From Bilabrum cf. latius (taxonomy: Eukaryota): a stretch of 64,000 nucleotides of DNA. The position numbers were made by a program, and so were the translations under genes. Shown here piece after piece: positions 49,642-61,060 of the stretch. Positions within the stretch are counted from its first letter, which is position 1; each line of letters opens with the position of its first letter. The DNA lies in the NCBI GenBank assembly GCA_965178125.1, contig OZ237741.1, positions 1,116,001 to 1,180,000 on the forward strand, given 5' to 3'. The notes under the pieces are model-generated. The model made no database searches. It was not told the origin of the DNA and worked only from the letters and a program-made list of their open reading frames with translations.

Positions 49642-51069
49642 TTATCTTAATTTCCATTGCTTTAATAAATCCATAACTTGTTTAACGTTTGCTTTAGTTC
49701 CTTTATTGAGTAACTTGCTAACCTCTGCTTGTTGTTTACGAGTGAGTACATTGGATAAATCTTGTTTTATCCATTGAAGCGAGGTACGCTTTGCGTTTGG
49801 AAAACGTAAGAACGCCTCTAAATGGTTGGCGGTGTGATTGATTTGTGCAAGTTTAGGATTTTCGAGTGTTTTAAGGGCAGCTCGGCGTTGTTTGAGAGTA
49901 CCTTTATTGGATTGAATCACTCGTTTACTTGCTTTGTACCGCATTCCTTGTTTGCGATATTCCCGACTATCGTTTAGTAGTTGGGTTTGGATTTCCTTGG
50001 GATTGGCAAGAGGTTCGAATAGGTAAACCACAGTGATTTCTTGGTAGTATTTGCCATCAAACATGATTAAATCTAGTTTGGCAAAAGGGTCTTTGCTGAT
50101 AATAGATTGTATTCTGGGTTCTAACTGTTTTAGATTTTTGACTGTGGGTTTGTAGTGTTTGCCACCTAGTTTAAGTTCCACTGGTCGAAGGGGAGAACTT
50201 TTGGAACTCAATAATTCTACTAGATGGATTAAGTGTGGTACAAACATTGGAATATCTTTTTGTGTTAGTTGTTGAAAGAAATCGTAATCACTAGCGTACA
50301 AGGAAATAACGGGATTGGTTTGCGAACCTTTAAGTTCAATCACGGATTGTTTGGAGGTATTATCTAATTCTAAAAGATTGGCAACTTTGAGTAGTGGTTT
50401 AGCAAAGTTAAACAAGTTGAATTTGCGAATAATGGGATCAGTTTGTGCTTTACCGCCTTGAATTACAAAGTTTCCAAGACTGTGTGGATCTAGACCAGCT
50501 TTGCGATTGATGCGTTTGCTAAAAGGATTTCCAAGAGAAATAGGATCGCTACTAACGTTGTAACTTTTGGTTTTGCCTTGGGTGGCAAATCGTCGAATGG
50601 TGTTGCCAACTAAGTTTCGAGCGGTAGGGGCTGTTCCAGCATTCCAACCCACACTTTCGATTCCTAATTGCTATCCAATCTAATTGGCTAAAGCACCTCC
50701 TAATGAGTGTCCAGTAAGCACAACTTGTCCATTGCTAAGTTGTTTGATTTCCTCAACCTTTTTTTTCTCTCGTTGAAATCTATTTCCATTAGGAAGTGTG
50801 TTTTTAATGATTCGAGCATCGTCTAATAGATCCTCAGGATCGCTGACAACTGTTCCTCGAAAAGCAACAATATATTGATTTTTATCGTTACGATAGACGG
50901 ATCGTTTGGTATCGCTTAAACTGGGGATGTACATATATTTTCCTTGTTTGGAGATTATTGTGGTTCGGGCATTGGGTGATTGATAGGCTTGACCAGATGC
51001 TTTGACTAGGTGTTGCAACTATCTGACTTCGTTTAAATTACGGGCTTTTTTTCGCTTTCCAGCAAACAT
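49642..51069 (-). CDS. Lipase (alpha/beta hydrolase) fused to nucleotidyltransferase-like domain (475 aa)
   Basis: VAFRGT and GHSLGG, then KGS...ASDYD; ORFs join across TAGs. Confidence 0.7.
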
Positions 51070-51114
51070 TCTATATTACATAGTGAGATATATAATTTAG
51101 AATGAATTTATTGA

Positions 51115-52836
51115 TTAGTAAGAACCTCCCATTGCATCTGCCTAGCTTGAACTCATCACTTGACCTCCAACCATCTAAACCCCACCGCCAACGTGAGTTG
51201 TTCCAGCCCCCGCAAGAGCCATAACCTGTCCTAGAGCGGTACTATCACCAGCGACCTTGTTTACACCTGGTAGGTTGCGTACAAATTTGCTGGCTTTTTG
51301 GACAAATGGTGTAGCTTTCTTGACGAAGTTCTTGAATTTCTTCCAACCGCGTCCACCGCGTCCGCCTTGAATAGCATGTTCGCTGTCATCCTCAAGATAG
51401 ACCACAGGAGCGCTGGTGAGTGTTTTGGCTACTGGAATAACAACCTCTTTGGCTTGAATGCGTCCATTTTTAAATTCAATGTATCCGCCATACATGAAAG
51501 GGATTTGGATGGTGTAATCGCCGGCTGCGATTGCATTGGCTGTGCGGTTGGCAATGGTGAGTTGTAGGCTGGTGAGTCTAAACTCTTTCTTGACACCACT
51601 CATTAATTCGGCATCTAGTGGCATCTAACTGGGGCGTAAAGGTAAGATGCTCCAATTGGCGAGTACCTAATTGGCAAGGGTACTTTCAGCGGGGTTGAGT
51701 AGTAAACCAGCAAACTAGGCATAACTACCAACGTAACCATTTGAAACGGCTAAATCGTAAAGATCGCGAGTGCTGTGATCATCAAGAAGTTTGAATTTAT
51801 TGCCGACGGTGCAACTTATGTGAGTAATAGGTAGAGTTATATCAGGACCATAATCATCAGCACCACGATTGACCACAACATGAGGAACAAACATATCGGG
51901 AACAACGTCTTCTCTGATGATGGGAATGTTGACAACGGTTTCGCTATTAGCAAGTAAAGCAGTATTACCCACAAATTCATGAGGAATTGTTTTTTCCCAT
52001 GGGTAGGCGTAATTGGTGCTGAGAGGAACTTGGAGTGCAGCGTTCTTAGTGTGTAGACGCATATTTACAGTTCCTCCTTCTAATGCAACTCTTAAGTCGT
52101 CAAGACCAGAACGAACAAGGCTGGCGGCAACGTTATTAAGTTTTAGTTCAAGACTCCATTGATCCATGCTATTGCATGGTTTTGGGTACTCTGATTTGAA
52201 ATCAAAAGCATCGGAGGGTAGACGGCAAATTAAACTAGGAATAGTAAATCTAACGGTGGCGGCATCTACAGCCTCTAGAGTGGCATTGTACCGTAAGCCT
52301 AAACCGCGAGTGTTGGTGTTTGAGGTGGAGTTAAAACCATCCCGAAGCACATTGCTTTGTGCCAGAGGTACATATTTTGAACTGGTATCAGGTTCAGGAC
52401 CATTGGTGATAAGGGAGTTGACTTCAATGGAGTTCATACCAGCCCAGATGTATCGCATTTTGGATGGCTCGGTTTGGATATTTTGTCCTGCTTGATTGAA
52501 ATCGATTCTCTCAACAACTGATGATTCGCCGAAGGTGGCGATACCAAGGTTGTTTTTAAGGTCATCGGGGACAAGATTGCCACCACCATTGAGAGTTAGT
52601 AAGAAACTAAGGTTCTAGAATTCCATATCGGGAATACCAAGCAATCCATCAGCAGGATCAAACTGCCAACGGTAGCTCCAACCAGTGTTTGAAAGTGGTT
52701 TGGTTGATGGGTGATCCTCATAAACGGCATTACGTGCATCGGCTTGACTTTGGTACTTAAGTTGAGAGGGGGCGGTAAATTGGTAGCTTTTGCTGATTCC
52801 AATTTCTAAAGGGAGATTAGAGTTAATTTCACTCAT
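51115..52836 (-). CDS. Virophage major capsid protein (573 aa)
   Basis: Resembles Sputnik-type MCP as recalled: PDITLPI, LYDLAVSNGY, GG..WKKFKNFV, GG-rich tail. Three ORF fragments joined by TAG; TAA stop. Confidence 0.9.
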
Positions 52837-52861
52837 TATAACTAGGTTGTAGAAAAAAAAA

Positions 52862-53773
52862 TCAAGTGAATTCGCTAATTTCCTTAAACAAACCTTTGAT
52901 ATCGCCGGCTGATTCGCTGGGTAAACTTATTCTTGTTTCAACACCTCTATAATCTAACCAGTATAATTCAAAGGTTAAGTTTTTAGTACTACCAGATACA
53001 TCCAGCATTTGAGTCCATCGTGGAGTGCTACTAGCATTATATAAGAAAGATCTATAAGGAGATCCGTTGGTCATAACCACTTTAAAATCGGTAACAATAC
53101 TTTCGCTTTTATCGGAGATTTTGCCTTGTGAGTTGAGTGGTAAAGGTGTTAGTTCTTGATTAATGGGTAAACCCCGTGCTTTGATAAGGATACGGGCAAC
53201 AGGATCGATATTTTCGAGTGAATCGGTGAATTGTGTTTCGAGATCATTTTCTAGTAGTAGCCAGTTCCAACTATCGGATGGATTGCCGCTGCCTGATTCA
53301 AAACGAAAAGTGTGTAACATTCGGGTTAATCTGGGGTTGAATCCAAGACGATTGGCGGAACGAAAGGCGGTATTGGAGTTGATGGAAAATAGTTTGCCGT
53401 CGAAACTAACTGATGGTTGATCACCTGTACCAATAGATAGATTATCACATGCAACTTTGATTGAGGCATTGAGTTCGGCGACGAGATCCTGCATGTTGTA
53501 GTACAGATCCTCGGAAAAGGTAAGATCAATTATTTCGGCAGTGCCAGAATTGGGTTCAACACTAATTGAAAGTGGATTGAGTGGTGCTTGGAAAACAGGT
53601 AAGGCAACACCGTTGCTAATAAACCATCTAACAATGCCAAACAGGTATCCTTTGTTGGGTTTGAGGAAGGTTGATTGTCGTGTTTGTTCAAGATTGGTTT
53701 CAAGATCGGTTTTGCCTTGGTTGAACTACTATAGGTTTACGTATTGGTAATCAATTACGTGACTTTTTGCCAT
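52862..53773 (-). CDS. Minor capsid protein (penton)
   Basis: N-terminal QTRQSTFL..Y.FGIVRW....LPVF; C-terminal IVTDF, RW, LYWLD; lies between protease and MCP. Confidence 0.8.
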
Positions 53774-53796
53774 ATAATTACTACCAGTGATAATAA

Positions 53797-54318
53797 TTAC
53801 TGAGTTATTTGAAACACTAGTTTATCTAGATTGGGTTGATTGTTTAGTTTGCTAAGGTATTTGAGGTACTTGTGGTATTGATCATTGCTCATCTAGCGAT
53901 TGGCAAGGCGTAAGACGCAGTGTCGACCACATGTTGCGATATCATCGGAGTATTGTTGGTGTGGGTAGTGTGAATAATCAACTAACTTACCAGTTTGCCA
54001 GAGTAACTTGGTGAGGTTTTGGTGGTTGAGTTTGCGATCGTATAGGATTTGTTTTTGTGCACCAGAAAGGTTTACTTTGTGTGTATCAGGAAGTTCGCCA
54101 TAAGGATCGTAGAAATAGATAACATTGGGAGTTTGAATAACACAGGTGTAGTGACCGCTGATGGTGTTGCCGGATTGTTCTTGAGGGTAAAAAAGTACGA
54201 AATCGCCTTGGGGTAAACCATGATGTAAGATATCTTTGTATTGTATCCAATTGAAATTGGGTATGCTGAAACGATTGGCAAGATGAGTTAGTTGTGTGGG
54301 GTTTAGGGTTTGATCCAT
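53797..54318 (-). CDS. Virophage/adenain-like cysteine maturation protease
   Basis: GHYT (His), FYDPYG (Asp), HQQ (Gln), TCGRHC (Cys). Confidence 0.9.
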
Positions 54319-54998
54319 ATAATCTTAGGTAGAGAAAATTAAGGATTGAGGATAATTATATTGAACTAGAATATCAATATGAAAATCCTATTGATGAACC
54401 AGACAACTTTTAGAACTGTAAGAATGAACGGTACTATTCATTAGAATAGTTTTTGAATCGTTCAAACCGTTTCCGTTCTAATAAAATTATTTGGTAATCG
54501 TGTTCCTTTCCGTATTAAAAATTTAACTCGGATAAAATTTAAATTCGTATTATTTTATTTAGACGTTTATAATTTACATTTATAAATGTAAAATGTAAAC
54601 CACATGTTAAATAATATGACGACTAAAAAAAACACGAGTAAACTTTTTAATTCAGAATAGGAACACGATTACCAAATAATATTTTAATACGAAATCCCAA
54701 CAAACCAAGCCTATTTGTTTAATACGGAATCTGTAGGTGTGCAAGTAAAATCTTGAAAACGGATTTTAAATTTCATGAAATTTAAAAAAATAATGTAAAT
54801 ATTTATGTAAATAACTGTCAACGTAATTCTTTAAAATTCATGAAAATTAAAGAATCTGTCAACGTATTTTATTAAATTTCATGAAATTTAAATAAATTGT
54901 AAACGTGTCAACATGTCAACATGTCAACGTGTCAACGTGTCAATGTGTAAACGTGATTATATAATTTTTGAAAAAATGATTTATGATTTTTAGTATTA

Positions 54999-55343
54999 AT
55001 GAATAATCTAGAAAACGATGCTAAAAAACTTTTAGAAATCCTAGCAAAAGTTCGTGCTATTGAAGATGGAGTGTTAATAGCATTAAGCAACAAAAAAGAG
55101 GGTGATTTTATAACAGCAATGTCATTAAAACACGTAATGAAACTATATGAAAAGGTTTGTGGTTTGTCGATGGATAACATATTAATAACACTAAATGCGA
55201 TAAAAGATAAAAAATCACCTGGTATGAAAGTAGTAAAAGGGATGCTTGGAGCACTATTATGTGGTGATACATTTAATGTGGCAAGTGTGAATTCAAAGAA
55301 TGAATTATCATTGATACGTTTAACAAACAAGATCAACAGATAA
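54999..55343 (+). CDS. Hypothetical protein (114 aa)
   Basis: ATG to TAA ORF adjoining the right TIR. Confidence 0.55.
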   Translation: MNNLENDAKKLLEILAKVRAIEDGVLIALSNKKEGDFITAMSLKHVMKLYEKVCGLSMDNILITLNAIKDKKSPGMKVVKGMLGALLCGDTFNVASVNSKNELSLIRLTNKINR

Positions 55344-55360
55344 TTTATGTAAGATGTGTG

Positions 55361-55652
55361 CCACGCGCTCCGCACGTGCGCTCCGCGACCGCGTGAAACC
55401 CCTAAAGAAGTAAAATCATCCATTCAGAAATTCAGGGAATCCACTTGAACTCGTAGGAGAATCTGTTCTTGCCCAGCAACACTCTCTCCCGATCCACCTC
55501 CACACGAACAGAATAACCCATTCAGAAATTTCAACTCTTGTACAATTTATGGAAAGTAATTTCTTTTGTTAAAAGTAAACTCCCCGATACTCTACTCTCG
55601 CAGTCCATATGAAACCCGTAGTATACTACGGGTTTCATATGGACTGCGAGAG
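55361..55652 (-). repeat. Right terminal inverted repeat, ending in the same perfect 58-bp palindrome (55595-55652)
   Basis: Palindrome identical to 27573-27630. Confidence 0.95.
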
Positions 55653-56340
55653 CAGCTGCATTACGATGTGCTCAAGCTAAGCCAGCACCAGGCCAGCCTG
55701 TCGTCGAGAATGTGACAGCCAAGCAGTGTGCATCTGCACGATAAGGCACACAAGCCGAGCAAACCCGAGGCAAGGTTTGCGCCCTAGCCGGTCAAGGCAA
55801 ACAGCAAGCAGCTGCATCAAGCCGAGCTAGCACAAGGCCAGTCTGGGCCGAGTCACTGGTGGTAGGCCAGGCCCTGTGGACGTTCCGAGACTGCTGCCGT
55901 GAAACGCGCACGAGGTGGGCCGGCCGGCACTGCAAGCACTGCCGCTGCGGCGAATATGCTTGCGCCTGCACCTGTGGCATCGTTGCCTCAGGGCCGGTGT
56001 TCATCGTCCACCGTAAGGTCCAACACCATATTCCGTTGAGTCCGGGGTATACTATTTCTCACGAGCCGCTTGCGTGGCCTCCGCCAAGAGGCCGGCCGGC
56101 CGGTTATGAAATGCAGCGAGGAGCCGGTACCGCTCCGGGTCGGCCACAGCCTGGCCCGCGTCCTGAGCGCCTGCTGCTGGGTCAGCCTGGCCGCCCTCCG
56201 GGCCCGACTGGTGGTCAGGACGAAGCCACCGGGTCCGCGTTCTGCATATTCGGCACTCTGCTAGAAGAGATAGGTGCAAGGAAGTCAGCGCATGCTGGTG
56301 GGGCAGGTGCTGGACCCCGCGCGGGGCCAGACAGAGCAAA

Positions 56341-56967
56341 TTGAATGGAGGACGCTGTCCAACCAAAGCCGCAAGGCTGTGCGAGTGCGGAGGGTACAAC
56401 CACTGTCTTGCAGCAGCAAGAGAAAAGCAACTCATGACACATGAGCATGCCCTGCACCGATGGGGCAAAACCTCGCGAATGCAGGGCGCCGTCCGGAACC
56501 CACCGGCAAACCGCATGCGTGCGGAATGCGCGGGGGAAGGACTTGCTGCAGCGTGCAGCATAATCAAGCTAAAGAACTCTTCCATTCCAACATATTATGA
56601 CCCCCGGCCGGCACTGGGAGAGCCCAGCCCGACGGAAGGTCAAGCACACTCTGAGCCCATTGAAGGGAGGACGCTGTCCAACCAAAGCCGCAAGGCTGTG
56701 CGAGTGCGGAGGGTACAACCCCTGTCTTGCAGCAGCAAGAGAAAAGCAACTCATGACACATGAGCATGCCCTGCACCGATGGGGCAAAACCTCGCGAATG
56801 CAGGGCGCCGTCCGGAACCCACCGGCAAACCGCATGCGTGCGGAATGCGCGGGGGAAGGACTTGCTGCAGCGTGCAGCATAATCAAGCTAAAGAACTCTT
56901 CCATTCCAACATATTATGACCCCCGGCCGGCACTGGGAGAGCCCAGCCCGACGGAAGGTCAAGCACA
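56341..56967. repeat. 319-bp tandem duplication inside the Ngaro-like element
   Basis: 56347 onward recurs at 56666 onward with few substitutions. Confidence 0.9.
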
Positions 56968-57470
56968 TTGATGGTGCGAGCACAGTGAACGGACAATCAC
57001 ATAACAGCACGGCCGCAGCCGCGGGGCCAGCGGCCGGCGACATCCGACTCTAGCAAGAGACAAGAAAAATCCTACAATAACTAAATACGCAGGGCAGCGA
57101 CACCATGGTATCACCTGGGGCGAGGGCGGCGGGAAAGCGGGCGCACGCCCGCTGCCCGTTGCTACCCACCCGGAGGCCGGGATTGAGACACACACCAAAG
57201 CCGCAGCATGCGGAAGTAAGCACTGTTTGAAACAAGTCTAGCGCTTGTCATGTTTACTCACGCTTGAGCGGTGCGTACTATTTCTTGATAGGAGTGAGGA
57301 GCTGAGCCACGCCTGACGGCCGTCTGGTATCGGCTCAGTTGCGTGCACATACACAGGCTACACATTGACCGGCACCTAAAGGAGCATAACGACAGTGGTG
57401 ATGGTCATCATGGTCACTCCCGCACGAGTACCTGCAGCCCTACATCCCTCCTCCCGGCCAGTACACCTCT

Positions 57471-59090
57471 TCAGTGCCCCGAGGCGGCGTGCAGCTGCTT
57501 TGCTTGCTGGTTCACCTCGGCAAACGCCGCCTGGTAGGCCGTGTAGCTGTCTCCGTCCAGGTGCACCACCCCGTAGTTGGAATCGGCTCCGAATAGGTTC
57601 CCGGACCCGGGCATCTCGGCCCAGGCAAAGAGGTGATACCCCACCACGAAGGGGTGCGACAGCAGACTGGTCACGTAGTTCCGCAGCGCGGCGCCGCGCT
57701 CGGCCTGCGTGTCTACAATCGGCCCGGCCCCCTTGGTGTTCGGAAGCCCGGAGTCCCGGCTCCGGAATCCAAATTCCGACACGAGCACCGGGTGCCCTCC
57801 AGAGGCCGAGTGGGCCAGCTCTAGCGCTGACCCGCTCGGAGTCTCGGCGTAAAGGTGCAGGTCCACCGCGTCCGTGTGCGGGGCCTGGCCGCGGATCAGG
57901 GGCTCTAGGACCTCGTTCATGCGAGAGCCCAGCACCATGTGGTTCGGGTCCGCGGACCGGATCGCCCCGGTTGCAACCTCGGAGTACACCCCCGCGTAGT
58001 GCTCCAGGAAATCTCCGTCGTCCTGCAGCCTGGCTTGCGTCCTTGGGAATGGCGCCTCCAAGGGGAGGGATTGGAACGATGCCGCGTGCGAGTGCCACGC
58101 CGCGTTCAGCTTGCCGATGCTGCCGTCGTACCGCGCTGACAGCCACGCCAGTGTGGCATTCAGCCCGGCGGGCGATGGGTCGCTCGCATTGGAAAAACGG
58201 ACGAGGGCGCCTGTGAGCAGGGAATCGAACCCGGGACCCCTCGGGCTCCATATGGCCTCGTTGTCCAGCCAGTAGCCCAGCAAGCGGGGATCCTCCCGAC
58301 GAGGTGCGCACTCCTTCTCTGCGATCGCCTCGCACCGCTATAAGAATTCAGACCCAAACACGTCCACGGGCATGCCCCCGAATGGCAAAAACCTGTGCTC
58401 GAACGAGGTCATGAGCATGTCAAGCGGGTAGCCGTACAGGAGGCCGGAGCCGGGGGAAGGGGGGCTTTTACGGGTGCGACAGCTCGCGTCATGGTGGCCA
58501 TCTTGCATGTCGGTGGTACCTTGGTTGATGCCTGCATCGGTCACCATGGTGGCATCGGCAGCCCGAGCCTTCCAGTGGCAGCGGTCAGTGTCATCACTGG
58601 CGGTGGCAGGCGGGGGAGCAGTGAGCTCTGGAGAGGACCAGCAGCCGATCGTGTTGGTGCCCATCGAGGCAAGTTCATCCGCGGCGTGGCGCGCCCATGC
58701 CGTCTCATTGCCGAATGTGGCCAAGGCAGATTTCCTGTACGGCGCATAGCCGCAGCTCCTGTCGTATCCAATGCAGAACCAAGAGCAGAAAGTTCCGAGA
58801 ACTGGGTCGCTTCTTTGAGGGCCGAACTTGCCCGCATCGCACCCATAGGACCGGCTATCGTTCGTTTGTAGAGCGCATATTTCGATGTGGTTCAATCCAA
58901 TCGAGAGACCTTGCGTAACTCCCATGCTCGGGCAGCTCAGCCATGATACGTTTCGCTAGTCCTGTTCGAAGCGGCAGTATCCACTAGAAGCATCCTTGCA
59001 GAGAGCAACCGCAGCTGTGCACACTAATAATATGGCGCAGACACGGATGCCTTGTTGGCAGTGCCTTCTTGTGCTGGTGTGGGGTGGCAT
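57471..59090 (-). CDS. Secreted clan GH-A glycoside hydrolase (GH50 agarase-like/GH42-like)
   Basis: Signal peptide, GTNTIGCWS, DPRLLGYWLDNE, ADPNHMVLGSR, PVLVSEFGF; joined by TAGs at 58956 and 58338. Confidence 0.7.
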
Positions 59091-59357
59091 GCCTCGCTGT
59101 TGGATCCAGTTGCAGTTCGACCTGTGCGACTCGACTTCCAAATCGTATCGCAACCAAAAAGATGCACAGAATCCCTGCCGGGTCTTGGGTACTATGTTCA
59201 CGCAGAAAGGGCTCACGTGCCGCGGCAAAATGCCAATGGGAGACAATTGTGGTTGAATGGAGAGATAGCGAGCAGCAACTCGGATCTGACCCGATTCCTC
59301 CAGCACAAATCACGCAAACAAACACGCACGAAATAAGCAACTATCCCAACTGCGGCA

Positions 59358-60713
59358 TCACTGCTTGCAGTTCTTAAAGAAAGCGTTCCCCACAGCATTC
59401 AGGCCGCCGTACGGATTGAAGAGCGTGCTCACCCAAACCTCATTCGGCCTAGGCGCGATCCCGCTCACGTTGAACGAGCTGAAAGCATCGTCGCTGAACC
59501 AGCTCACTGCCTCGAGGTACGGGAACTGGTTTTTGTCGGTGAGACCGCCGTTCGATCGGAAGAGCTCCTCGATGAACGGCACAATCTCGGTCGCGTTGTC
59601 CGAGCCCATGGCCAGCTCGGTGATCCACAGGGTCTTCTTGGTCCTCCCGTTCTTGCCCGCAAAATCGTCCGCGAACACTTTCCCGTAGCCCTGCACCTTC
59701 TCGATCACGTCTGCAGGCCGCTTGGAGTACGCGTGGATCTGGATCGTGTCGATCACGTCCCAGCAGTTGGTCTGCGTGCCGTCCATGCGCTTGCAGTCCA
59801 GCTGCATGGTGTACGACTTGAAGGCTGCCAGCCAGCCCGGGCACGTCTTGGGGTTACCGGAGAGGGAAGGGTCAACGCCCACACAGCTAGGCCCGGGGCC
59901 CGCCGCCTGTGCCATGGACGGAGACACGATCTTGGAGATGGAGGGGTGCGGGTAGGCAGCCTGTGCCGTCAGGTTGTTCACGGTCTGCTACCAGAAGTGG
60001 GAGGCGTGCCACTGGTCCGCGTTGCCCACGCTTGGGTCGAACAGGGGGAACCACCCGGAGGAGGTGGCTGGGCTGTAGGCTCCCGGGGCGCAACCGTATG
60101 CGGGTGGGTTCCAACTGCCGACGCACGACGGGCCGTACTGGTCGGGCTCGCTGCGAGTATAGTATAGTACAAAAATGGGGCGCGGGAGAAAGAAAAAAAA
60201 TGTGCTCGTTGCATGTGTGGCATACACTGATTTACTCTGTGGCTCCCAAGCTGAGTGAAATGGTGAGCAGTTGGGGCTGCGCCGGCTCTTGGATTGCCGG
60301 ACGGCAGGCGCGTCATCGGGAGCGAGACACATCTCAAGGTGTGATGGCACATGGGTGGCACACCGGTGGATTCCAAAATGAAAGATCTGCCGCGAGTCAA
60401 GGAGAACTCACTTGAATCCCATGACATACGTTCCATTGTTCAGGAAACCGTACCCGTTGTCTGGCGGAGCTTGGCCCCAGAGCATGGGTATGAAAGTCTG
60501 GTGCATCGACTGGATCTACTGCGACGTCAGCTGTGTCTCGTCCACCTTGGGGTGCGTGTCCCAGTTCCACCAGAAATCGATTAGATTACCGTCCAAACCT
60601 TGGCCTAAGCATGACGGGCATGCGGGGAACGTATTCGTGGCCACACCGCACCGAAGACTCAGTGCCGTTCCAAGCACTGCGGCTCCAAGCAACACTTTCA
60701 ACGCCGTTTTCAT
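59358..60713 (-). CDS. Secreted GH128-like beta-1,3-glucanase (one intron)
   Basis: Signal peptide, WWNW, FIPMLWG, MGF(N)/EPD split by an intron at about 60153-60411, IHAY, LWITE. Confidence 0.7.
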
Positions 60714-61060
60714 CGCTTTACTACGCAAATAGAAGATCATTGAAGCAGCATATGAATGAACGTTATACTGTTTCAGGATCGAAAGAGAAGAAAGGGGCTG
60801 ACGCAACATGGCGACGTGCTGGTTACTGGTGGGATGAAGAACCAAATGAAGACACCATTATTTCACGAATGTCGCGGGGACTCACACTTCGCACAAAAGG
60901 ATGCGATTCCTAAGCCAAGCACCTCAACGAGGATCGTTTTTGTGGGCGTACACTCCGGCCTGCCTGGTAATAATACGGATTTTGTTGCGAGCTGCTTACG
61001 CGGTGAAGCACTGGAGCAGGTGGCACTTGATTACCACAGTTTCGAGTCCAAGCGCCAAAC

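Larger units (their letters stand above)
27574..55651. mobile_element. Endogenous virophage (provirophage), ~28.1 kb
   Basis: Sharp GC-to-AT shift, ~300-bp imperfect TIRs, GCAGC direct repeat flanking both ends (27569-27573, 55652-55656), complete MCP/penton/protease/ATPase set. Confidence 0.95.
21527..57390 (-). mobile_element. Degenerate Ngaro/DIRS-type retrotransposon with split direct repeats, interrupted by the virophage
   Basis: Minus-strand order A1(57390-57224)...B1(22096-21922)-A2(21922-21756)-B2(21701-21527). The A copies (167 bp) and B copies (175 bp) appear identical. A tyrosine recombinase remnant lies just before B1. Confidence 0.8.

Noticed and set aside
28339-54318. Virus as a decayed pseudogene cluster
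   Set aside because: Interruptions are almost exclusively TAG, in frame and at Gln positions; only one frameshift and one insertion were seen.
27574-55651. Maverick/Polinton transposon, or bacterial/phage contaminant
   Set aside because: No protein-primed PolB. The MCP, penton and protease are virophage-like, the junctions show a target duplication, and the genetic code matches the host.
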